From: Octopus bimaculoides
Lineage: Eukaryota
Assembly: GCF_001194135.2 (NCBI RefSeq)
Contig: NC_068986.1
Location: forward strand, 9,285,517 to 9,348,994
Length of the DNA: 63,478 nucleotides
Direction of reading: 5' to 3'
The position numbers and the translations under genes were made by a program. Below, in pieces: positions 11,470 to 25,190 of this stretch. Each line of letters opens with the position of its first letter. Position 1 is the stretch's first letter. The notes beneath the pieces were generated by a model. It was not told the DNA's origin and did not search any database. It saw only the letters and a list, made by a program, of their open reading frames with translations.

Positions 11470-14075
11470 GAATCCTACATGCAAAATATTTCCTGGGTAA
11501 AGAATTTGCAACTCAGCATAAGCTAGTGGTTAGTGACTTTAGGCCTAGGGCCTGAACGATGCAGAGATGCTAGCCAATATAGAAAAGGAGGCTGTGGAAA
11601 TTCAAGGATCCTTGAAACAGGCAGAGATTTAAAGGTGTTCTTAATGAGGCCTTTGATGAGGAGCGAGAGATAGAGACATATGACATAGAGGACAACTGGA
11701 AGTTCCTAAGGGACAATCTACTAAGGGCGACAGACCAAATTTGTGGTTGGAGTAAAGCCCCTACCAGACCAAGAGTGATGTAGTGGTAGAACAATAACAT
11801 TGACAGGGCCATAAAAGAGAAGAAACAGGTCTGGAAAGAGTGGGTAGCAAAGAATCATATCAGAAGACTAAAAGGGAGGCTAGATATCAGGTTTATCTAG
11901 CTAGGGTAGTAGCAGGAAAAAAGAGGTTTGCCAAAGTCTTACAGTGTGAAGTTCAGAGACTTGAAGTGTTCTGATTGCTAGACAGTGTGTCAGTGAGAAT
12001 TGAGTTATTGTAGATGAGAACTGTGTGTGGATGGATAATGGTACGCTTGCACTTAGTGATGTGGAGAAAGAAGAGGCATGGAAAAGTTACTATGTGAGAC
12101 TGCTAAATGTAGAGAATGAATGGGACAAAGAAAGTTTTCCTCGTGTGAACCTAACAGAAGGACCAGCTATCCAATGGACAGCAGTATAGTAGATAAGGCA
12201 ATTAAAAACATGATAACTAGGAAAGTCCCTGGTCCATACAGAACCATGGTTAAGATGCTCAAAATATCCGCTAAGGTAAGATATAACCTAGTCACCCACA
12301 TAGTTAATCAGGTCATTCAGGAAGGTGTATTACCCAAGGAATGGTGTAGCAGCATTATTGTTAGCTGCTACAAGGATAAGAGTGATGTTTTAGATAGAAG
12401 CAATTACAGAGGCATCAAACTCCTGGACCAGGTTATGAAAATAATGGAGAGAGAGTTGTAGTTCAATTAATTAAGAGCAGAATTAGGTCAAACAATTAAT
12501 TAGGAGCAGAATTAAGTTAAACAAAATGCTTCATTCAGGGGAGAAGCACTACCGATGCTATTTTCATAGTCAGGCAACTGCAAGGAAACCATTATATTTG
12601 GTATTTGCTAATCTAGAGAAAGCCTTCAATAGAGTTCCCTGCTGTGTGATATGGTGAGCTCTGAGGAGGTTAGGGATAAAAGAGTGGCTTGTGAAAACTG
12701 TACAGGCCATGTACAAAGATGTGGTCAGTAAGGTGAGATTTAGCCATGAGTACAGTGAAGATTTAGTGTACAGGTAGGGGTTCATCAAGGCTCAGTCCTT
12801 AGTCTCCTCCTTTTCATCATTATCCTTCAGGCCATAACAGAGGAATTCAAGACCGGCAGCCCCTGGGAACTACAGTATGCTGATGATCTTGCCCTCATAG
12901 CAGATTCCATATCAGAGCTAGAAGAGAAATTTCAGGTGTGGAAGCAAAATCTGGAATCTAAGGGCCTTAAGGTTAACTTAGCAAAGACTAAGGTCTTAGT
13001 AAGGAAAGTGACAGGACCCCCCCCCCCCCTTACCTGCTTCAGGTAGGTGACCCTGCTCGATTTGTAGAAAAGGTGTAGGTAGGAACTCCATATGGTGTAC
13101 CCAGTGTAAGCTATGGACACACAAGAGGTGCAGGGGGTTAATAGGAAGATTATCAAAAAAGGTGGTGATCATATGTGGAAGATGCACAGGATCCATAAAA
13201 ACTTGGGAAATTGATTCTCTCAAATGCTCTGGTGGCTCATTAGGGGTAACAGATACTTTCTGCTACTTAGGGGACCAAATTTGTAGTGGGAGAGGATGCA
13301 TGGAGATTGTGATAGCTAAAATAAGAATAGGATGGAGGAAATTCAGAGACCTGTTCCCTGTTTTGGTTATGAAAGAGTTTCTCTTTCTGAGTGATGCATG
13401 TATAGGGACAGCAATTCTACATAACAGTGAGATGTGGGCCCTGAATGCAGAGGACATGCGAAGGTTAGAGAGGAATGAGGCTAGTATGTTCTGCTGGCTG
13501 TGTAATGTAAGTGTACATGTTCAACAAAGTGCCGGTCTTCTGAGAGAGAAGTTAGGTCTAAGAGGAGTCAGTCGCTTTGTGCAAGAGAGAAGACCACACT
13601 GGTTTGGTCGTGTGATGCAGATGGATGCTGACAGCTCCATAAAGAAGTGCCAATCTCTCAAAGTAGATGGAACATGTGGAAGTGGGAGACCCAAGAAGAC
13701 ATGGGTGAAGTACTGAAGAATGACCGCAGGACATTGAACCTTTCAGACAAGATGACAAAGGACCAAAATGCCTGGTGCCTTGCTCTACTCAAGATGACCT
13801 GCACTCCACATCAGAAGTGTTAAGACTGGACCCCCTGGGGGTGAGGATTGGCCTGCAAGAGTTCGGTGCTGGTGCCATATAAAAAGCACTCATGCCAGTG
13901 CCACATAAAAGCACTCAGCACATTCTGTAAAGTGGTGGGCCCTAGGAAGGCCATACAGCCACAGAAACTATGCCAAATCAGACTGGAGTCTGGTACAGTT
14001 CCCCAGCTTGCAGCTCCTGGTCAAACTATCTGACCCACACCAGCATGGACAATAGATGTTGAATGATGATGCTGA
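11470..14075 (+). mobile_element. RTE-clade LINE, 5'-truncated: end of APE endonuclease, RT, C-terminus, 3' UTR, (GAT)n tail
   Basis: GKEFATQHKLVVSDF, NYRGIKLLDQVMKIMER, VFANLEKAFNRVP, QYADDL and GRPKKTWVK motifs (ORFs 12120-12461 and 13162-13716); frameshifted. Confidence 0.92.
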
Positions 14076-14949
14076 TACACACACACACATTCAGAGACAC
14101 ATACACACATTCATACTAACGCACAAACATTCTTAATCCACCACACTGCCCATTCTTAATCTTTGTTCTATCTGCCAAAAAACTAAGAAATTCTTCCTTC
14201 TTTATTTACTTTACTCACTCATTTCTCTCTCTTTCTTTCTCTGCTACTGCTGTCTTAATATAATATTCTCCCTTTTCCCTAGTCTCCCTCTCCCACCTTC
14301 TCTCTCTGTCCCCCTCTCTCTCTGTTTCTTTGCCCTTTTCAACCTTGTCCTCTGTACAAAGCCATGCCTGTTAGACTACCGGTGATGCACTTACTCCCAC
14401 CATTCCTCCTACCACCAAATCCAGAAATCTATCCTAATTCCCTCCCCTGCTAAGCAACATGTCTTCAGCCTCTCTCTGAAACTGCTATTTTCCTCCCCTT
14501 TACTGCACAACCTCAATCTATCTCTGCGACTGCTATGGCTTATCCTGTAGAACATACATCCCTTGTACTTACTACCATTACCCTTCTTCTTCAAACAACA
14601 GTTAATTGAGGCTACACACCCAACAACAACAGCAACAGCAATAATAATTCTTTCTAAATCTTTGCACAAAGCCAGTAATTTTGATGGGACAGGTTTCGTT
14701 GATTATATTGACCCCAATGCTCAGCTGGTACTTATCAACCCTGAATGGATGACAGGCAAAGGTGACTTCACAACTATAATAATAATTGTTTTTACTATAG
14801 ACCCAAGGCCTGAAATCTTAAAGGAGACAACTGGTTGAGTACATCGACCCCACTGCTCAACTGGGGCATATTTTATTGACCCCCACCAAAAATGAAAGGC
14901 AAAACTCATACTTCAGTGAAATATGAACTAATAATAATAACAATAATGA

Positions 14950-15177
14950 TAATAATAATAATCCTTTCTTTTATAGGCACAAGGCCTGAAATTTTTGGTG
15001 GAGGGGCCAGTCAATTAGGTTGACTCCAGTACGCAACTGACACTTAAGTTATCAACTCCGAAAGGATGAAAGACAAAGTCGACTTTGGTGGAATTTGAAC
15101 TCAGAACGTAGTGGCAGATGAAATACTGCTAAGCGTTTCACCTGGCATGCTAACGATTCTGGCAGCTTGCCACCTTA
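14950..15177 (-). mobile_element. SINE head A plus tail T2 ((TTA)n). Other copies: 16038-16245, 17520-17700, 22194-22420, 25190-25375, 27555-27650, 47425-47642 (minus); 42110-42320, 60025-60238, 62800-62955 (plus)
   Basis: Same head and body as 50515, but the 3' end is aaatttcaggccttgtgcctata...aaaggattattatt. Confidence 0.85.
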
Positions 15178-15274
15178 ATAATAATGGTAATAATAATAAT
15201 AATAATAATAACAATCCTTTCTACTAATGATAGTAGTAGTAGTAGTAGTAGTAATAATAATAATAATAATAATG

Positions 15275-15320
<46 letters not shown>

Positions 15321-15707
15321 TAATAATAATAATAATAATGGAACAAATAGGGGCTGCAATAAGGATGGAGCACTTGCAGAAAACAGCACTACTTAGAACC
15401 GCTTGAATACTCCGGGTGGTGCTCGAAAAATAAGGGGTGTTACCTTAGTTCACTGGTAGTTAACAGATGGCACTGTAGTACATCTCCAGCGTTAGAAGCT
15501 GTGCAAAGGCAATAATAATAATAATAATAATAAGAAGAAGAAGAAGAAGAAAAATAAGAATAATATTCAAGGATTGATGTTACTCCTCCCTAAGGTAAAG
15601 GAACAATAAGAACTAGATTGAGATGATTATTTTGAACTTGGGGAAGATACACAAAGTGTCGAAATATTGTTTGTTCGATAACAGTTGCACTCTTCTTATT
15701 GTTAATA

Positions 15708-15747
<40 letters not shown>

Positions 15748-15795
15748 CGATGGTGGTGATGATGATGATGATGATGATGATGATGACGATGGTGG

Positions 15796-15829
<34 letters not shown>

Positions 15830-15846
15830 AATGCTTTCTACTATAA

Positions 15847-16037
15847 CAATGGTTCCCAACCTTTGGTCCATGGATCCCTGGAGGTCCGCAAAGATAGTAC
15901 TGGTGGGGGTCCATGAACTAAATTCAAAATTTCATATATATATATATACATAAGGATAAGCATATTTAAAAGGAGTCTGTGAGAAAACTCATTTAAATAA
16001 AAGGGGTCCTTGATAGTGAAATGGTTGGGAACCACTG
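15847..16037. mobile_element. hAT (Charlie/MER5-like) MITE inserted into a SINE tail
   Basis: TIRs caatggttcccaacc / ggttgggaaccactg; 8-bp TSD tactataa / tactatag. Confidence 0.85.
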
Positions 16038-16457
16038 TACTATAGGCACAAGGCCTGAAATTCCAGGGAGGGGACTAGTTGATTCCATCAACCCCAGTGT
16101 TTCACTGGTGCTTAATTTATCAACCCTGAAAGGATGAAAGGCAAAGTCGACCTTGGAGAAATTTGAACTCAGAACATAACAATTTGGTGAAATACGATTA
16201 AGCATTTTGTCCAGCATGTTAATGATTCTGTCAGCTTGCCAACTTTTTTAATGACATTAATAATATTGAGATTGGTTTAACTTTGAGAGTTGCATTAATT
16301 CAGAAATCTGCTCTAATGGGGAAAAGGCAAGGATTGTAAGAAAGGTCCTCCGTATCTTAGAAAATTGGTTGTGACTCGGTATTTCAGACATTGATTCTGA
16401 ATGTAAAACATTTGTGCATACCATGAATAATAATGATGATGATGATGATGATGATGA

Positions 16458-17490
16458 TTTCTTTTATTAGCTGCAGAGACATAGATGAAGAGGATATCAC
16501 AAGGGCAGACAACAATTTCTGTGGGGATTTGCATAAAGTTTGAGGAGAAAGAAATAGAAAAAGACATTGAAATGCGATTGAAGTATACAAAGTGTGTGAT
16601 AACATGATTGATGTAGTCCTTCTGATACAAAAGAAACTCCAACTTAGGCCAGTCAAGGAACAACACAGATCCAAGATTACCCTGACCACCAAAGGTACAA
16701 GCCCTCTCTCCTGATCTCCAATCTACAGGCCATTCACTCTAGACCATTTTTGCCACAGTCATCCATCTTTTCACAAATTCACTGAGAGGTACCACTTGCC
16801 TCTCCATCCTTAATTTCCATTCCAATTGGAACTTAAAAAAGTTGATGAGAGCTTGACTGAAGAGGAAAGTGTTTTTCCTCAATCCTTTCAGCCTCTTTTG
16901 CCATAGCTACTGGACATTGGAACACTGTTTGTCCTGCCTTCTTAAAGAAGGGTGGTGGAACAATACTCAGCATGGGTTTGGCCAATAGATGAATTCATCC
17001 CACACATGATAACAGCTGTTTGACACAACTTCACAAGCCAACAATACTTAGGCATTGCATCAGTGTATGCAGAATGGTTTCATCACTCTGCGAGCCTCTT
17101 GGACAGTCCCACCTGACAGCACATCCGTACCTGTAGAGTTTATCTCCTCAGTAGCACTAACAAGCCAGGGATTTCTGGAATTTATCCATAATAGCACTGG
17201 ACCCGAAAGTCCTCCAAAATAGATCAGCTAATTCATCCTCGTTGATGCTAAGAATTTTCCTGAGAACGTCATCTCTTTTATCCACCATTAGATTTCTATA
17301 CATTACTTCCGCTGTAGAATTTCCACTGATCATATTGCCTAATTGGTAGAGAATGGTGAGTGCCTGATAACATTCCAGAAGTCAGGTGCCTAATCTTGGT
17401 GTTTTCTTGACCCAGAATTACAGCTTCATCAAAGAGATGAGCAGCAGAAAAGCATTTGTTAGAAATGGAGACTACACTGGCTCACCATCC
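16458..17490 (-). mobile_element. Tx1/L1-clade LINE 3' fragment (zinc knuckle, C-terminus, 3' UTR ending aataaaagaa)
   Basis: Minus frames give DKLYRYGCAVRWDCPRGSQSDETILHTLMQC, a CCHC-knuckle remnant; same family as 22482-23990; ends at an (ATC)n array. Confidence 0.75.
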
Positions 17491-17702
17491 AGGAAAATCT
17501 AACGATGATCATAAAAATTGTTTCTAATTTTGGTATAAAGCCAGCATATTTGATGGGGGAGGGAAGTCAATTACATTAACTCCAGTATTTGACTGGTACT
17601 TTGTTTAATCAACCTGAAAAAGATAAAAAAGCAAAGTCAACCAGGGTGGTATTTGAACTCAGAACATGCACTAATGATTCTGCCGGCTTGCTGTCTTAGA
17701 AT

Positions 17703-17810
<108 letters not shown>

Positions 17811-18268
17811 AATAATAATAATAATAATAATAATAATAGCCCACAGTAGTTGGAGCAAAGATAGCATCTCTAGATGGTTACAATACCAGTGATTGTAGGA
17901 GTACTTGAAATGATCAAAAACGGAACTGAAAATTATCTAAGAATGATCCCTAGCTTACTTTCCATGCATGAAGTACAAAAGATTGTCTTAATTGGTAACT
18001 GGTCACATGTACTGAGAAGAGCATTGTTGCTGTGAATTTTTTCCTTTTTTTGCCCTTTATTTTCTTTGTTTACTTTTATATTTTATATTTTTTCCTTTTT
18101 CTCTCTGTCTTTCTTCCCCTTTTTTCTATCACATGACTTTGTAAACTAACAAGCTGGTGTGATTATTTTAATGGCCTACTAATGTATACAGTGCGTGCCT
18201 CTGCCCTAGGTGTCAGGAAGGCACTCGGCAAGAAAGGAAACAGTTGAAAGAAGATGATAATGAAAGTG

Positions 18269-18303
<35 letters not shown>

Positions 18304-18929
18304 TAACGGAACCCATAACAAAACCAACCAAAAGAGAAAGAACGGTGAACGGCTAATCATAGATACTATAAAATAGTTCATTTATGAGTTACACACACAC
18401 ACACACACACTACTATGCAATACCCCTCCAAAAACATACAAGAATAAATTCATACTGTAAGTACCCAACAAAATGAACAAAACCCACAACATGTGCCATA
18501 GAAGGCCGATATGAAGACAGAAGAACACAACCTGTGCTACACAAACAACACACAAGATAAAAGCTAATACAACCTAAGACTCAAACAAAATCATATAAGA
18601 AAACATACTGATACAATACAATATCTCTCCCCCACAAAAAATGTAGCACACACCACCCCACCAGCACAGAGGTGCAACAAATGATGAAATAGAAAATTTC
18701 TTGAGACTTTCAGATGCTGAGAAATAATAGTGGTGATGATGATGGTGCTGAACGTTACCTTACCTCAATTTATGAGACATAGGAGTTTCTAAAAAACTCT
18801 GGCTGTAACAGTGAAAATGAAGCCGGATCTTTTTAGGAAAGGCCTCTTGCTTGGCAGTGGATCAGTAAAGATGTAGACTGACCACAGCTGTCTTACTAAT
18901 GCAGCATCAGCAGATAATAGAACAAAGAG

Positions 18930-21732
18930 GGGGAAGCAGACCAGCAAAGAAAACAGGATAGTGATTCAGTGCTACTTAGAAAGTGAACCTAAAAGAAGAG
19001 GCTATAGGAAACGAATGCTAACACATTGTGTAGGGAAGGATATGTTTAAAGTAACTGAACAGAGATTAGTAGATCATGCTATTAGGAGAAGAAAGTAGAT
19101 GACAGAATTGGAGGTGGAAGAGATCACAAGAGAATTGGAAAAGGCAGTGGAAAGACAGACAACAACATAATACATCTCAAACCAAAGAACCTAATAGGAA
19201 AAAATAATAATAGCATTACCAATAAGGAAGGTACAACTGGCATTAATTGAGGAAGATCAGAAGATTTTAGATGAGTTGCAGGAAGTAATGAGTAAGGAAG
19301 TAAGAAAAAGATTGCCAGCATTAAAAGACATCAACAGAAGGAAGCTAAAAGAAATGACTAGGAAAGTAGACCGTTATCAGGAGGATAGATACTAAAAATA
19401 TAGAAGACACTAACTTATTGATCTATGCAGGAAGGGTAGTAGTCTCCAGATTAGATATTTCACAAGGAAAGATAAATGAGAGCAAATGTGGAAAAGAGAC
19501 TACAAAATAAAATGAAGACTTCAAGACAAGATCTGAGTAGAAAAAAAGCCTGGAAAGCAAACAAGTTAGGAAACACAAGATTCAAGTCTTGCATCAAGGA
19601 AAGATATTTAGTCAAAGAGAAATGATTTGGGACAGCACTAGAAAGAAGAGTTGAACCAGCGAATCATAGCAGTATCAGGCAAGCTCTCCAGATATAAGAA
19701 AAGAATAGATCAATATCTAACGAATAGATTATTTCAGATAGACACAAGGAGATTTTATAACCAAACAGATAGTGGAAAACGAAGTACTGAAGATGAGAAA
19801 CCTAATACAGAAGAAGCTAGAACGTTTGGGAGTAATATTTGGGATAAACTAGTCAATCATAATGGAGATGCAGTATGGTTAAAGAAAGTGAGGGAAGAAG
19901 TTGTCAGTAAGAAGCAGCCAGATCTAAGATTAACTAATGTATTAATGAGTAAAGTATTAGGAAAAATGCCAAATTAGAAGGGCCCAGGACAAGCTTTAGT
20001 TCAAGGGTACTGGCTAAAGAAATTCAGTAGTTTACATGGGAGACTGAGGAAACAACTTCAGGATTGTCTTAATGGAGGAATAACACCAGTTCGGATGACT
20101 AGAAGGAAAACAATACTCCTTATGATGGATAAGAGCAAGGCTAATATAGCTAGCAACTACAGACCAATCACTTGCTTACCATTAGTATGGAAGCTGTTAA
20201 CAGGAATGCTTTCAGAAAGTGTTTACAAGTAACTCGACAACCAGAATTCACTGCCAGAAGAACAGAAAGGTTGCAGGAAAAAGGCTAGAGGAATGCATGA
20301 TCTATTATATATAGACAAAGCAGTTTTAAACAAAGTAAAAGCTAGAAAGAAAGATCTAACAATAGCATGGATAGATTATAGGAAATCTTATGACATGATC
20401 CCACACTCATAGATAAGTGAATGTTTGATTATATTCAATATAGCAGACAACATAAGAGAACTAATTAGCTTTAACATGAAGAAATGGAAAGTAGATCTAT
20501 ACTCAGGTGACACACTTTTAGGGAATATTAGTATCAAAAGAGGAATTTTCCAGGAGGACTCGTTGTCTCCTTTAATATTTGTTCTATGATTGATTTCCCT
20601 CAGTTTAATATTAAGAAAGGCAAAGGCTGAGTATCAGGTCAGAAATAGTAAGGGAAAAATTAACCATTTGCTCTATGTGGTTGATGTGAAGCTTTTTAGT
20701 AAGAACGAAAAAGAGATAGATTCCTTAATACAGGCTGTGAGACTCTTCAGCAAAGATACAGGTATGGAATTTGGCATAGATAAGTGTGTAATATTAGTCA
20801 TGAGAAGGGGACAGGTAGTCAACAGTGAAGGCATCCAATTACCAAATGGACAGAATTATAAGTATCTAGGATTATAAGAAGAGTACTAACTACAAGAATG
20901 AAAACGAAAATTGAGAAGGAGTACATCAGAAGGGTGAAGAAGCTAATGAAGTAAAAGCTAAATGGTTCGAATCTTGTGAAGACCAAAAATACTTGGTCAG
21001 TATCATTACTTAGATACTCTGCAGCTTTTGTAGATTGGAGCAAAACTGAATTAGCAAAGCTAGACAGAGGGACGAGGAAGGAATTCAATATGAATGGAGG
21101 ACTCCACTCAAGGGCAGGAGTAGCAAGATTATACTTGCCTAGAAAGGAAGATGGAAAAGCGTTAATATCAGTGGAAGACTGCGTAGAATTAATTAGAATA
21201 GATAGAGGCTCCTATGTTGGTAATAGTGAAGAAAGTTTTAAAAAAGCTGCTAGAGACACAGAAAGACATAGGAAAACCAAAACACAAAACGAAGTTAAAA
21301 ACCCAGAAAAAAGAACAGAAATTATCTGACTGGCAGGAGAAGGTGTTGCATGGTAAATTCCCAAAGATAGTTTCATCAAATAGTAGTAGTGAGACATGGT
21401 TATGACTGCAGAAGGGAAAGCTGAAGAGGGAGACAGAAAGTTTGTTAGTAGTTGCACAAGATCAAGCATTAAGGACTAATTGGATAAAAACAAAAATAGA
21501 CTAAAACCAAGTAGATTCCCATTGTAGATTATGCAAATCAAAAGTGGAAAGCGTTAATCATATAGTTAGTGAATGTAGCATGCTGGCACAGAAAGAATAC
21601 AAGAAATGACATGACAGTCTATGGAGAGCAGTCCACTGGGAGCTATGTAGAAAGTTAGGATTTGAACACAATGATATTACAAGAAAGTCAGAAATACAAG
21701 ATGTTGTGGGACTTAACATTCAGATTGACAGA
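18930..21732 (+). mobile_element. R4/Dong-like (RLE-type) non-LTR retrotransposon, long but decayed and cut before the RLE catalytic motif
   Basis: N-terminal ENRIVIQCYLESEPKRRGYRKRML; RT NYRPITCLPLVWKL and GIFQEDSLSPL; RLYLPRKE; CRLC...HIVSEC...HD; LWD.NIQIDR. The sequence is then cut by an antisense RTE 3' fragment. Confidence 0.85.
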
Positions 21733-21890
21733 GTTTAGTGTCCAATGAAAGAAAAGTATGCATAAGTGGGCTGGTTACATCCCTGCTATAGGTCACGGGT
21801 TATAGTCTCACTTGGCTTGCCAGGTCTTCTCACGCACTGCATATTTCCAAAGGTCTTGGTCACTAGTCATTGCCTTGGTGAGGTATAATG
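21733..21890 (-). mobile_element. RTE LINE ORF end / 3' UTR fragment
   Basis: Minus strand reads LTKAMTSDQDLWKYAVREKTWQAK*; similar sequence at 57900-58030. Confidence 0.75.
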
Positions 21891-22414
21891 TTCATTTTGA
21901 TGTATGATACATGTCCTAAACAAAATGGCATTACTTTTTGACTCACCCTTGTAGGATAACATATAACAATTGTTATATTTATGTTCTTTTAAATCAATGT
22001 AGCTATGACAACTAAAGCCAACCATTCTAAATAGTACAAAGGATATGAGTCTTCAGTTTTGAAATCAAAAAGATATCTTTCAGGAAAAAAAAAAAAAGAA
22101 TGTTATAAATAGAGCCAAACAATAATNNNNNNNNNNNNNNNNNNNNNNNNNNNNNNNNNNNNNNNNNNNNNNNNNNNNNNNNNNNNNNNNNNNAACAATA
22201 ATCCTTTCTATTATAGGTACAAGGTCTGAAACTTTGGAGGAAGGGCTTGCGAATTACATTGACCGCAGTGCTTAACTGATACTTAATTTTTTGACCCCAA
22301 AAGGGATAAAAGACAAAGTCGGCCTTGGTGTCACTTGAACTCAGAATGTAGATTTGGAAGAAATGTCACAAAGCATTTTGCCTGGCATGCTAACAATTCT
22401 ACCAGCTCACTGCC

Positions 22415-22457
<43 letters not shown>

Positions 22458-22481
22458 CAATAATAATAATGATAAATTAAT

Positions 22482-23990
22482 TCTTTTATTAGCCACAAGG
22501 GCTCAAATACAATAACATTAAATGACATAGAATTATTACCTTTCTAAATCTCTCAGAGAAATTTATACAGTAGCAGCACGATAAAGTGATGGTATGTTGC
22601 CTACTTAATGTGGCAGTCCCATGAAAGGGAAGAATGCTACTGCCATTTAGCCCTCAGAAACATCGTTTCCAGTTGGTCATGACACATTTTCTTTCCTTCT
22701 GTGTGCTTATCTCCCCTTTGAAAACATAAGGACAGAGAAAATGAGTCATGGCCAACTGGAAAAGGTGTTTCCTAGGGCTAAATAGCAGTAGCATTCTTCC
22801 CTTTCATGGGACTGCCACATGAAGTTGGCAACATGCCATTAAATGACATGACACAGACATAAAAGACAACACAAAACAAGACGAAGGGTTTTACAGCGGG
22901 TAAACAAAATATAACAATGAAAAATTAAACTAATTAAAACTCCCAATAGGGGAGGCGCTTTAAGGTCCTTGTGGAAAAACCCACAAAAGCCATGGGTACC
23001 TGATCAACTGGGCAAGAGCCCTTCTTTTATTTCTCACAGGCGTATGCTCAGAATTGGTCCTTTCACACTGGCCATTCTTCCAACATTCACCCACCTTTCA
23101 ACAAACTTGCTACAAGGCAACACTTCCCTCTTCACCCTCAACTTCCTTTTCTAGTAAAACTTGAAAAAGTTGATGAGGCCAAAAAGGAAAGTGTCTGTCT
23201 TTAGCCCTTTCAAACGAGTCCACCATACTACCTCTTTTGCTACAAATAAAAATTACCTGCCCTTCTTGGCCTAAAGAGGGTGGCGGGGCAATCTTCACAA
23301 TGGATTCTTTTATTGGCCACGAGGACTCAAGACATGGAGGACAATATCAAAGGATGAGTTACAACACAGAAAAAAAAAAAAAAGTACAAAAATNNNNNNN
23401 NNNCTGGCCATTCTTCCAACATTCACCCACCTTTCAACAAACTTGCTACAAGGCAACACTTCCCTCTTCACCCTCAACTTCCTTTTCTAGTAAAACTTGA
23501 AAAAGTTGATGAGGCCAAAAAGGAAAGTGTCTGTCTTTAGCCCTTTCAAACGAGTCCACCATACTACCTCTTTTGCTACAAATAAAAATTACCTGCCCTT
23601 CTTGGCCTAAAGAGGGTGGCGGGGCAATCTTCACAATGGATTCTTTTATTGGCCACGAGGACTCAAGACATGGAGGACAATATCAAAGGATGAGTTACAA
23701 CACAGAAAAAAAAAAAAAAGTACAAAAATCATATGGGGTTAATATCAATCAAGAGGAGATACTACCACATTAAAGGATATAACAGAGAATATGTAATAGA
23801 AAGTAGAGAAATAAATAGAATCTCCAAACAGCGGGGCAGTCCACTTAGGGTAATCTGGGGTAAACCCCACACAAAAATCCCAGATTACTCTACCATCTCC
23901 AAGGCATGGGAAAGTGCCCTCTTCCATTTTCTTTCCTCCTGCTTAGAAAAGCATATTCAAAGTAGATCCATTCAGTCTCACCACTGTTGA
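22482..23990 (-). mobile_element. Two adjacent Tx1/L1-clade 3' ends (22482-23305 and 23640-23990), with an artefactual duplication across the 10-N gap
   Basis: SIVKIAPPPSLGQEGQ...VAKEVVWWTRLKGLK frames; 3' ends ...gtggc(t/c)aataaaagaa. Confidence 0.75.
22529..22836. mobile_element. Fold-back non-coding element, copy 2 (Penelope/retrozyme-like family, hammerhead not retained)
   Basis: 104-bp inverted arms (22589-22692 and 22736-22839); 13-bp TSD cattaaatgacat (22516-22528 and 22837-22849); homologous to 56535-57067. Confidence 0.75.
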
Positions 23991-24099
23991 CCACCTTTTG
24001 ATAAACACACTGGAGGGCAGTACATCCTTCTCTACCCTCACCTTCTTCTTCAAATGATAGGGCATCCAGCCACAGAAACCATGTCCAAGCAGACGATGA

Positions 24100-25190
24100 T
24101 GTAGTACAGGGCAGTGGCTCTCATGGCTTCTGATTTTAAATGATTGGAAGTGTTATCATGTACATTATTTTGTCTTGCTATAAAAGATGGGAGACAGCAA
24201 ATATTCTGCTTAATACCACAGATTTGCTTGTCAGTTGTTTTACCTTAACCAGTTGAGCATGTCCCTTAATGGCTGACAATATGTGCATCTCTAATCACCA
24301 GCAGAAGGAGTTGGGGAGCATCAGGAATTCTTTGGGGTTTGAATAATTCCATATGGAAACATGGGTGTTTTGTTCATCATCCTTAACCCTTTGTAACCCA
24401 GCGAGGTCTCTTGGGACCCCAGCAAATTAAAAAAGTTATGCAACTTTTACATTTTGTATTTAAATAATTTTATATCTCTATTATTGTCAAATAGTTTATG
24501 TATGCCCATACAAATTTTGAGTTAAAAATTTCCAGTCAAATGGATGTTATAGCACAAAATATGGTCATTAGGGTCCAACTGGACCCCCATTGGCCTTCTG
24601 TGAAATTATTTTTTTTTTTCAGATATTCTGATGAACTTTAAATCAATGTTCTTCTTCGTATTTGTTCTGGTATGAATCGATGTATTTTCATTTCTTTTGT
24701 TTTATTTTATATTTAGTGCTATACGTATCTGATCATTCATAAAACTATAAAAACAGTTTATTTATTTCAATAAAGGTTTTTTTTTCAGTCAATAAATGAT
24801 ATTTTAATTCCCTTCCATTAAACGCTAATAATTTATAGACAGTGTGGAAATGTGCAAAAATAAAAGGGGGTCTCTTGGGACCCCAATAGCCTTTTGTGTA
24901 ATTCCAACCCCATCGGTCCACGAAAGGTTAAAAAATCCTCATTCAGGGACCTATTGAGCAGGATGGGCTACTCAACCAGAAGAAAATTCTAACTGGACCC
25001 CACCTGCAAGGTCATGCACTGTTTATCTTGATATGAGACAACTATGTCAAGCATATATGGCTGTGATGCATGCACCTGGTGTAACCTTATCAGCTAGGTA
25101 GTCTTGATGGCTATATTGGGCTTCGTATATTTGTACCCATGTCACTTTGATGGCATGAACTGCTTTCTCACTCAATAATAATAATAATGA
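24100..25190 (+). repeat. Unclassified interspersed repeat ending in (AAT)n, split by the piggyBac element
   Basis: Sequence is continuous across the TTAA insertion site and ends ctcactcaataataat. Recognised only from memory as an abundant octopus repeat. Confidence 0.4.
24387..24927. mobile_element. piggyBac-derived non-autonomous element
   Basis: TTAA on both sides (24383-24386 and 24928-24931); CCCTTT / AAAGG ends; subterminal repeats gtctcttgggacccc twice, plus gggtccaactggacccc. Confidence 0.8.

Noticed and set aside
23068-23730. Apparently perfect 325-bp tandem duplication, including twin ORFs MKIAPPPSLG...
   Set aside because: The two copies appear identical, including the 14-A run, and are separated by exactly 10 Ns. 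This is typical of unmerged overlapping contigs.
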